From Octopus sinensis (Eukaryota), in assembly GCF_006345805.1 (NCBI RefSeq), contig NC_043002.1, forward strand, positions 119,474,001-119,538,000: 64,000 nt of DNA. The letters are read 5' to 3'. The notes under the pieces were generated by a model, which ran no database searches, was not told where the DNA came from, and saw only the letters and a program-made list of their open reading frames with translations. Of this stretch, positions 53,974 through 64,000 are shown piece by piece. How positions within the stretch are numbered: position 1 is the first letter of the stretch; each line of letters opens with the position of its first letter. The translations under genes and the position numbers were made by a program.

Positions 53974-55242
53974 TCAGGTCAACCCATACGTTTTGCCCGA
54001 TTTTACCTTTTTAAAAATCGAATGAAATTTAATAGTATTTTAGAATGTCTAAGGGAATTAATAATTATTTTTATGTATTTGTGTACATTTAAGCTAATTA
54101 AATATTATTTTACAGAATAATAGAATTAAAATTTCTTTGATCAAAACCCTTTCTAACATGGAAGTATCCAAAGATGCAACCGAAGCGACTCGAAACATAT
54201 ACTCAGTTTATCGGAAAGTATGCTTGAATGAAAGAACTTGCAGAAGATGGTTTGCAAAATTCAGCAGTGGAGATTTCAGCCTTGAAGATGAAGGTCGAAC
54301 AGAACGTTCAGTTGAGTTTGACGATAAGCTCCTTGAGGCATTACTTGAAGAAAATCCTGCATTATCTGTTGAAGAATTGGCAATAAAGCTTAGTTCAAAC
54401 CATACAACTGTTCATCGTCATCTTCAACAACTTGGAAAGGTTCCTAAACTTGGAAAATGGGTGCCTCATGAATTGTCCGAAAGCAACCGCAAATTCCGAG
54501 GTGATATCTGACCTTCTCTCCATTCTCGCGAGCTCATTTCACCCTTGTTGGATAGACTTGTGACTGGTGACGAAAAGTGGATCTTCTATCGAATTGTTAA
54601 ACGTCGTAAACTGTGGCTTGGTCAAAGGGGAAAAACTCAACCACAACCGAGAAGGGAACTTCATGAGAAAAAAGGTTCTCTCTATCTGGTGGGATTGCAA
54701 AGGAGTAATTCACTTTGAATTATTACTACCTAATGCAACAATCAATGCTCCAGTCTACTGTCAGTAATTAGAGCGTTTTAACCAAGCTTTGAAGAAAAAA
54801 AGACTCGCTTTAGTGAATCGAAAAGGAGTAATCTTTCATCAGGACAATGCGCGACCCCACACGGCAAAGATCATATCACAGAAGATCGAAGAGCTGGGTT
54901 GGGAAAAAAATCCTCAACCACATTATTCTCCCGACCTTGCTTCTTCAGACTACCATTTGTTTCGTAGTTTACAGAATCATTTGGGGGACATAACTTCGAT
55001 TCTGGGTTGTAGCTATTTTAACTTTCGCAAGCCAGGAGGAAGTCGAAACTGACATTTCAGAGTTCTTTGCTTTGAAATCAAAAGCGTTTTATATTGATGG
55101 GATTAAAATGCATGTAAATTGACGGAAGGAAGTCGTAGATAATCAGGGTATGTACATTGATGATTAAATTTCAATTCAATATAACATTTGATCACTTGTT
55201 TTCTTTATTCAAAATTCGGACAGAACTTGTGGGATGACCTGA
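53974..55242 (+). mobile_element. Near full-length mariner (DD34D) transposon with inactivated transposase
   Basis: TIRs TCAGGTCAACCCATACGTTTTGCCCGA and TCGGACAGAACTTGTGGGATGACCTGA, TA on both sides. Motifs WVPHEL, VTGDEKW, HQDNARPH and YSPDLASSDYHLFRSL. Stops and frameshifts present. Confidence 0.95.
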
Positions 55243-55487
55243 TAACATAAATGGCTCCTCTTATAATTCAATCAAAGACGAGTAAGTTCTTAGCGAGGAC
55301 AGCCTTGTATACGATTCCGAGTTCACATCCTTTATATAAATAGAACGGCATAGATCCAATAACCTTTCACATCTTTCTCCTTAGATGACAGGTCTAACTA
55401 CTCACTGGTGTATATCAGTCATTAGTAAAATCAGTATCAGCTGGTAGCATAGAACAATCTACATGCCAAGGGAGTAAAGAAAATTCA

Positions 55488-55715
55488 TTAAGCTTTTAGC
55501 ATTCAAATCGGTCATATATGGCCAAAACATTCTATTTGTTTAATGCTCAAACTGGCCAAATCTTGTCTCTCACACCAACCCTACAATGTCATACTAAAAG
55601 TATACAATCACATTATAGAAATCTCAAAGCTACAAGATAATGTACGATTAATTGGAAACAATGAGAATAAATAAGCTTTAAATTTGACAAGATTATCTGA
55701 ATGTTAAAGAGTTAC
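55488..55715. mobile_element. Possible TTAA-type MITE (piggyBac/Kolobok-like)
   Basis: Imperfect inverted ends TTAAGCTTTTAGCATTCAAA and TCTGAATGTTAAAGAGTTA. Confidence 0.4.
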
Positions 55716-56269
55716 ACTTGGATTCTCATTCAGTGATGGAGAGTATTGAATCGAGGATACAAGTCCCTCGGAATATGAGTTCGTGACACGATTCGATCCT
55801 GGGTCGTAGCTATTTTATTTTACTTGATTTTAGATTGGTGCGATTCCGTTCAAGAATACTTGGGAGAAGTATTTACTAAGGTTTCTGAAAAGAGAATTTG
55901 TATGAGTGAAAATGGAAACAAGAGAGGCATAGCAGGACACCGTTAAATAATCGAGGCATAAGAGATGAAATAGTGTGTTTTGTAATAAATATAGCAGCGT
56001 TAAGACATCAGTCCGAGACTGTTATTCAGGAAAGATTTCTCTATAATGGACGATTCTTTCTTTCTTGGCTGTTTAGCGTATGCTGTATCGCAGAAATATC
56101 AATAATAAATTGTAAAAGAATTTACATTGTTTTATAGTTAGAGCTTGCGAAGGCAATGATCTGTGAATGACGAAACGGCCCGTGTGACAATGGTGGCGTT
56201 GGTATTCAATGACTATTGACAATTCTGAAACAAAAGTATGTACCCACCACACGTTATGCTACCACCACA

Positions 56270-57563
56270 TCTACAAACTTCGGCAACAACCTCATCACTA
56301 CCAACAACATCACCACCACCGTCACCACCACCGTCACCACCACCGTCACCACCACCGTCACCACCACCGTCACCACCACCACCACCATCACCACCATCAC
56401 CACAACCGTCACCACCACCACCGTCACCGCCGCCACCACCACCACCACCACCACCACCACCACCACCACCACCACCGCCGCCACCACCACCGCCGCCGCC
56501 GCCGACGCCGTAACCATCACCACCACCACCACCACTATCACCACCACAACCACCACCACCACCACCATCACCATCACTATCACCACCACAACCACCACCA
56601 CCACCACCGCCTTACCGATATTATCATCAACATCATCACGTCTACCAACACCACTACCGTCTCAACCACCTCTTCTATCAACACCATCATGATCAATACT
56701 ATCACCAACACCGCAGCTAATGCCTCTACGACCACAATACCACCACCACCACCACCACTACCACCACCAATACCTCTATCACCACAATCATCACCATCAC
56801 TTACAACGACTGCTGCAGGATCGACAATAATTCTACCTATTCAATTACACATCAGAGATATTAATTTTTTTCTATTCACTGGTGTTTATTAAACAGAAAT
56901 TCGCCATTTCTGCTTCTATTCCAGAATAACTAAGCATGACAAAAACATCAAACATCAACAACAACAACAGCAAACAACAACAACAACAGCAAACAACAAC
57001 AACAACATCAACATCAGCTAAAAGAACTGCTACTTCAACGCTAGTAAAAACAACAGCTGGGACAATAAGAGCAATAATACGTATGGAAACAATAGTAATG
57101 ACAGCAACAACAACAACAACAGCAAACAACAACACAACTACAACCACAACAACAATCACCACTATAACCACCTCCACAACGATCATCACTACCACCTCTA
57201 CTACTGCTATTGTCACTAGAAACTACCGCTTCTATTACTACCACAACCACTATCACCACCACAACCACCACCACCACCACCATCACCATCACTATCACCA
57301 CCACAACCACCACCACCACCACTACCACCACCATAACCACCACCACCACCATCACTACTACTACTATCACAACAACCAACAACACAACTACAACCACAAC
57401 AACAATCACCACTATAACCACCTCCACAACGATCATCACTACCACCTCTACTACTGCTATTGTCACTAGAAACTACCGCTTCTATTACTACCACAACCAC
57501 TATCACCACTACTACTACTATTGTTACTACTGCCACTTCTACGACCACAACCATCACCTACCC

Positions 57564-57624
<61 letters not shown>

Positions 57625-57698
57625 CACAATTACTACCATTACAACCGCCGCCACTACTACTACTACCACCACAATTACCACCATTAAATCCGCCCCTT

Positions 57699-57749
<51 letters not shown>

Positions 57750-58278
57750 CACTATTAGTACTACTATCACCACCTTCATTGCTCAGATTCAACTGTAAAG
57801 ACAACATCCAGTGTGTAAGAAGAGATATAATTACAACAGAAACAATGGCCAACATCGATATGAGATGGAAACAACATCAAGAACGATAACTGCAGCAGTA
57901 TGAACAGAAACAGCAGCAACAGCAGCAGCAACAACAATAACAACAAGGGTAAAGGAGAGTACAACAACAACAGCACACCAAAAGCAATAACAAAACGAGG
58001 GTAAAAAAAAAGTTAATAAGATCGATAATAATGGAAAAGAACAACAATAAGAGCGGAATCACAAAAGCAATAATACAATTAAAGTAACAACAACAACAAC
58101 CACAACATCAAGAACATCACAAAGATGAATGGAAACAAAATTAATGACAAAACAATAGCATCCGTAATAATATCAACAATAACAAAAAATATAAATAATA
58201 ACAAACATTAATAACAGCAAAGGAGTAAAAACGAGAGCAACAATAACAATAATACTTTATCTTTATTTTGATATGTAC

Positions 58279-58315
<37 letters not shown>

Positions 58316-58436
58316 GCCCGGTTATTCTTCTTATTATTATTGTTATCATCATCATCATTGTTATTATTATTATCATATTATTGTTATTATTATTATTATT
58401 ATTGTTATTATCATCATCATTGTTATTATATTATTA

Positions 58437-58472
<36 letters not shown>

Positions 58473-58569
58473 CATCATCATCATTATTATTATTATTATT
58501 ATTATTATATTATTATTATTATTATTATTATTATTATCATCATCATTGTTATTATTATTATTTTCATCA

Positions 58570-58612
<43 letters not shown>

Positions 58613-58791
58613 TATCATTATCATCATTGTTATTATTATTATTATTGTTACTATTATTATTATTATTATTATCATCATTGTTGTTGTTGTTATTATTATT
58701 ATTATTATTATTTTTATCATTGTTGTTGTTATTATTATTATTATTATTATTATCATTATTATTATTTTCATCATTGTTGTGTGTTATTTTA

Positions 58792-58844
<53 letters not shown>

Positions 58845-59360
58845 GAGTGAGAGAGCAATGCATGCCCTCAGAATGTTATCATTATCATTATTGTTGTTGT
58901 TGTTGTTGTTGTTGTTATTATTATCATTATTATTATTATACAAATGATGATGATGATGTTAATGTAGTGACGATGAATAACAATGCTAACGATGCGTATG
59001 ATGATGTTATTCACGGTGATGATGATGGTGATGATGATTATGATAGTGATGGTGATAATGATGATGATGATGATAAGGAAGATAATGACGATGACGATGA
59101 TGATAATGATGATGTTAATGCTGATGTTTATAATAACAACACACCTACAAATAACAAACGGAACGAAATCAACATCACCAGCAGCATTGAAAAGAAGATA
59201 AAAATCAACAAAATTAAACCAAAAAAAAAAATAAAAGGCAACAGCAAAACTCACTAAAATCGACAACAGCAGCAACAACAACATCACCGACAACAACAAA
59301 AGAAACAAAGAAAATAAACTACCGCAACAAAACAACCATAAGAAAACCAACATCAGCAGT
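56270..59360. repeat. ~3-kb mosaic of trinucleotide simple repeats (ACC, ACT, AAC, ATT, ATG)
   Basis: Read directly. Includes a ~130-bp internal duplication (57128-57258 and 57378-57508). Confidence 0.9.
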
Positions 59361-59589
59361 AACAGAACAACAGCAGAAAATGATGCCAGCATGTATCCTT
59401 TGAAATAAATTTTGCTCATATTGTGCTCTGTTGTTCTTATTTCCTACCTAAAACATAATTGATTTATAGGACTTTTAAGTCTATGTCTGTGGATTGTATA
59501 TTCTCTACAGCCATCCCTATTTTTCGCTGTCTTCATTCAGTTGATTATATTGGGGAATTGTACTTGGGAATAGCATATATATACATATA

Positions 59590-59760
59590 TGGCTGTGTGG
59601 TAAGAAGCTTGCTTTCCAACCACGTGGTTTTGGGTTCAGTCACACTGCGTGGTACCTTGGGCAAGTATATTCTACTATAGCCTTGGGTCAGCCAAACCCT
59701 TGTGAGTGGATTTGATTGATGGAAACTGAAAGAAGCCCGTTGTGTATACAGGTGTGTGTG
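59590..59760 (+). mobile_element. SINE family A 5' half
   Basis: TGGCTGTGTGGTAAG...CCTTGGGCAAG...GGAAACTGAAAGAAGCCCG. Confidence 0.8.
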
Positions 59761-59766
59761 TGCATG

Positions 59767-59804
<38 letters not shown>

Positions 59805-59824
59805 ATGATAGATCGGTAGCCATT

Positions 59825-60010
59825 ACACACACATTTTTTTTCTTTCTTTGTTTCTCTCCTTGTTTATAGTTTTCTGTGTCCCTTTCTGTAGAAGAGCGTA
59901 GGCTCGAAACGTAAAAGACTTTTTCTATTCCTGAGCGTTATACTAATACATCTGTTTGTTTTGTACACCACCTGTCTTCGTCTTTTGTTTTTTACGTGAA
60001 CTCTTCCCCT
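59825..60010 (+). mobile_element. Penelope-like short element between (TA)n with a degenerate hammerhead-like motif
   Basis: CTTT-CTGTAGA-A-GAGC-GTAG-GCTC-GAAA-CG-TA|AAAG at 59882-59917. The 3' part resembles 24600-24675(-). Confidence 0.45.
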
Positions 60011-60030
60011 ATATATATATATATATATAT

Positions 60031-60331
60031 CACTGTGATCACCGTGACCGACCAGGCTATCAGATGTTGCTACACATCGCTGGTCACAATGCGTTTCGCA
60101 TTGTTTTAGCCTTCAAATAACGCCACCCCGCTAGCTAAGCGAGCAGGCCAACAGAAGAAATAGTGAGAGAAAGTTGTAGCGAAAGAGTACAGCAGGGATC
60201 GCCACCATCCCCTGCCGGAGCCCCGTGGAGCTTTAGGTGTTTTCGTTCAATAAACACACACAACGCCCGTTCTGGGAATCGAAACCGCGATCCTACGACC
60301 GTCAGTCCGCTGCCCTAACTACTGGTCATTG
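60031..60331 (-). mobile_element. SINE variant B2
   Basis: Same head and tail as 24255-24548. Confidence 0.8.
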
Positions 60332-60689
60332 ACTCTGTCCGTTATTCGAACAGCTTTCAACGACTATTGAAAAGGTTGCAAGACGCAACGAAAATTTCAG
60401 GTAAAATATATAAGTAAATGAGTGGAAACTTTACCGGTGAGTGTGTTAAATAATAAGGTACTAAAAGATAATGACTCTCCCCAGACACAACAATACATAT
60501 ATATATGTATAGTAGAAAGGCTTCTTATTCTTCTTCTTCTTCTTCTTCTTCTTCTTCTTCTTCTTCTTCTTCTTCTTCTTCTTCTTCTTCTTCTTCTTCT
60601 TCTTCTTCTTCTTCTTCTTCTTCTTCTTCTTCTACTTCTTCTTTCGCTGAGTATGATGGAAGCTGTCAACTGTCGACAGCCAGCAGGCT

Positions 60690-61715
60690 AAAGTGACATG
60701 CTTCAAGAACCCTGCAACGTACCTTTGCAGTTTCAAGAGCAATGATGACTTTTGTAGATGTTCTATCTTTACATTCGTTCCAATGTTTATGAGACATGTC
60801 GCTAGTTAGGTACTGATACTTCCAAGTGCACCAGTCACCATTAGTATCTCGTCTAATCTCTTCATTGCCCACAACTTGCAATTTTCCCACCTGAATTCAT
60901 TATAGTTCATTTATTCTCCTTCTGTCTTTTCAGTCCTGTTTTTTCACCTTAACTTGCTATGTCGATTATAAGGCATATTTTTTCTTTTCTTTTCACTACA
61001 ACAATGTCAGGTTTGCAGCGTGGGAGGTGTTTGTAAGCCATTTAAGAAACACACAAAAGCCGTTCGATTCACTTCAACATTTAAGTTTAATTTGTCAAAA
61101 TATTTTCGTCGCTAAAATCCGCGACCTGTTCACTGACAAAAATCCGTGCTGCATCTGAGAAAGTAACAGTTAGTTCGTCATATATATGTACGTATGTATG
61201 TGTGTATGTATGCATACACGCATGTATGCATGTATGTATGTATGTATGTATGTATGTATGTATGTATGTATGTATGTATGTATGTATGTATGTATGTATG
61301 TATGTATGTATGTACGTACATACGCCTGTGTATGCGTGTATGTATATATGTATGTGTGTGTATATGCACGCACATACACACTATAAACATAAAGCTATAA
61401 ACCTGTAGTGATGGATAGATGTAGACTGTCAGGTTTTCGATGTTTAAACTGTTCTGCAATCCCCATTTTCAGTAACTCTTTCTGGGATGTTAGTTATACC
61501 ACATTTTTGGGTCCTTGTAGTTCATAATTTCCACAAACCTTCCAATGTATCATTCTTGCCACATTGTCATGTCGTCTTTTGTATTCATGTTGTGCTAATT
61601 TTGAGCATTCACTAACAATGTGCCACACTATTTTACTCCTATTCGCACACACTCTGCATTTGTCGCTCTCGGTTGTTTCATCAATTCTGCACTTCACATA
61701 GTTTGTCCTCAATAT
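60690..61715 (-). mobile_element. R4/Dong-like LINE 3' fragment interrupted by a short repeat and (TATG)n
   Basis: RTNYVKCRIDETTESDKCRVC...WHIVSECSKLAQHEYKRRHDNVARMIHW (61497-61712). KPDIVVVKKEKKICLIIDIAS...ETAKVRCRVLEA* (60690-61018). Confidence 0.8.
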
Positions 61716-61721
61716 TTCTCG

Positions 61722-61950
61722 TTGGGTAAGGCAGGATCGTTAGCACACCGGTCAAAATGCTGAGGGCATTTCGTTTGGCTTTATGTCTTGGGTTCAAATC
61801 CCGTCGAGACCGGTCAAAATACTTAGAAAATGTCATCCGGCTTTACGCCCTGGATTCAAATTCCGTCGAGATCAACTTTGTAAAATAAGTACCAGTTGAG
61901 CACTACCCGTCCCCCAAAATTGCTGTCCTTGTGACAAAATATGAAACCGA
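61722..61950 (+). mobile_element. SINE family C derivative with internal duplication
   Basis: ACCGGTCAAAAT..TTCAAAT.CCGTCGAGA occurs twice, followed by AAAATAAGTACCAG. Confidence 0.6.
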
Positions 61951-62269
61951 TATTACATGCCGGGCTGGGTATGTCATAGTTGCTGAAAGGAAAACAAATG
62001 TTTTAGCTACAATACGCAACAATACTCATAGTTGCCTGTATGATGTGGTCGCTCTTTGTTGCACACATTTTCCCACATGTCATCCTCTAACCGGACCTGA
62101 AGTCTTGAGGCGAACAAAAATCAAAAGAGGATAACTGGCGGAAGTTTCAGATGAACATACTATAAAGGTCTGTTGCCCAGGGCATCTGGATATCGCTTGA
62201 ACTTTCGGAATCAGAGTCTTTGTATAACATTCATAGGTTCCTGATTTAGTAGTCTTATGGGTGAGAACA

Positions 62270-62582
62270 GTAGAGGCGCAATGGCCCAGTGATTAAGGCA
62301 GCGGACTTGCGGTCGGAGGATCGCGGTTTCGATTCCCAGAACGGGCGTTGTGTGTGTTTATTGAGCGAAAACTCCTGAAGCTCCACGAGGCTCCGGCAGG
62401 AGGTGGTGGCGACCCCTGTTGTACTCTTTCGCCCCAGCTTTCTCTCACTTTCTCTTCCTGTTTCTTGAGTAACGCTGCTATGGACTGGCGTCCCGTTCAG
62501 CTGGGAGGAACACATACGCCACAGAAACCGGGAAACCGGGCTCATGACCCAAGCTAGGCTTGAAAAGGGCGCATAAATAAAA
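62270..62582 (+). mobile_element. SINE variant B3 (B head, third tail type)
   Basis: B head followed by GCTATGGACTGGCGTCCCGTTCAG...CCACAGAAACCGGG instead of the B1 or B2 tail. Confidence 0.75.
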
Positions 62583-63339
62583 AACGGGTGGGAACAATAA
62601 ACACCCTACATCTAAATAAAGTTCACGGCTGGAACGAATTTGGTCCGATCAGAATTGACATCGGAGTATATCATAGAAATTTACTACTACTACTACTACT
62701 ACTACTGCTGCTACTACTACTACTACTACCACAACCACCGCTGCTGCTGCTGCTGCTGCTGCTACTGCTGTTCTGCACCTGTTGTTGCAATGAAAAAAAG
62801 GTACCGTTGCAATTGTAGAAATAATGATACGCCGGATCAATTGAACCAATTTTGAATGACTTACAAGAATTTGAACTCAGAATGCAGTAGAGAAAAATTC
62901 AATAAATTTGAAGTCAATTGCTACTGAGTTCACCTGGTTCTGCCCCCAGATTTATCAATATCTTCCAGATTCTTTATTGAATTATATAATCAATCCTGCA
63001 TCCGTTCTAATCATAAACTTCCTATATATTGTTTAACAGTATATTAAATAAGATTTGTTTTCGCTTTTAAAAGTCACTACATAGCCATCAATATTCATCT
63101 GTATTCATATGTTGTGTCTTTAATTACTCAATCATTTTCTTTTCTCAAACTCTTTCTCATACGCACTTCAACTATCGATCATACTCTCTCACAACCCTAT
63201 CATTTTCGCTATCACTTACTTCCAGTATTCAGTCAAGAGTATTTTTATTTATTTATATGGAAGAATACGCCTTATAACGCACATACACAGATGCCCACTC
63301 ATATACACTCACATACACATTCACTTTCAATATTGTCTC

Positions 63340-63406
63340 ATATTATATATATATATCTGTATATATAATATATATATATATGAATATATATATATATCTG
63401 TATATA

Positions 63407-63453
<47 letters not shown>

Positions 63454-63534
63454 AAATATAAATATATATATATATGTGTGTGTGTATATATATATAATAC
63501 ACAAACATATATGTATATATATAATACACACACA

Positions 63535-63568
<34 letters not shown>

Positions 63569-63689
63569 ATCTATCTATCTACCTATCTACCTATCTACCT
63601 ATGTATGTATGTATGTATGTATGTATGTATGTATGTATGTATGTATGTATGTATGTATGTATGTATGTATCTATATATCTATCTATCTT

Positions 63690-63728
<39 letters not shown>

Positions 63729-63740
63729 GTGTGTGTAGAT
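63340..63740. repeat. Compound (TA)n/(TCTA)n/(TATG)n microsatellite
   Basis: Read directly. Confidence 0.9.
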
Positions 63741-64000
63741 ATATACATACCAATTTACCATTCATCCATCAACTTTTCCATCATACTGAAAATATCTAAC
63801 ACAGCGTTCTCCTAAAATAGGATTATATTGATCCCTTAGCTATTATTTATATTTTCATTATTGCATGTTATTTCCCCTGTCGTGATTTTTATGCGAAATA
63901 CTTGTCGTATGAAGGAAACAACCGATCAGCAAAATATCCGCAATAAGCACTAAACGGAAGTCATAACAATATTATTCGTACGACCGTAGCTAAAATATAA

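Noticed and set aside
56209-57889. Thr/His/Pro-rich ORFs resembling a mucin
   Set aside because: All frames and both strands give similar homopolymers, the repeat unit shifts freely, and there is no signal peptide or flanking domain.

Overview
This is AT-rich, repeat-saturated animal DNA. The SINE families and the (TA)n/(TAA)n/(TATG)n/(TCTA)n load suggest an octopus or other coleoid cephalopod, which is inference from repeat content only. I found no supportable host protein-coding gene, tRNA or rRNA. Nearly all ORFs in the track are microsatellite read-throughs or decayed transposon fragments. Contents: many fragments of R4/Dong-like RLE-type LINEs, mostly in (TAA)n tracts; one Tx1/L1-like and three RTE-like remnants; one near-complete and two partial mariner transposons; a hAT MITE with an 8-bp TSD; several tRNA-derived SINE families (labelled A, B1-B3, C here); and a 1,251-bp tandem duplication. 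The most notable signal is a set of small non-coding elements carrying hammerhead-ribozyme (HHR) folds. These are a complete type I HHR in a ~454-bp direct-repeat unit (25153-25227); a related 483-bp unit with a circularly permuted HHR, an inverted tail and a ~14-bp TSD (10841-11557); a third HHR (13448-13494) whose relative forms a 188-bp-arm palindrome folded at the ribozyme remnant (17366-17749); an element with an HHR in each inverted arm (27815-28189); and degenerate HHR-like folds. They resemble Penelope pseudo-LTRs or non-LTR retrozymes. All folds were paired by eye and none has been tested for activity. Boundaries of degraded repeats are approximate.
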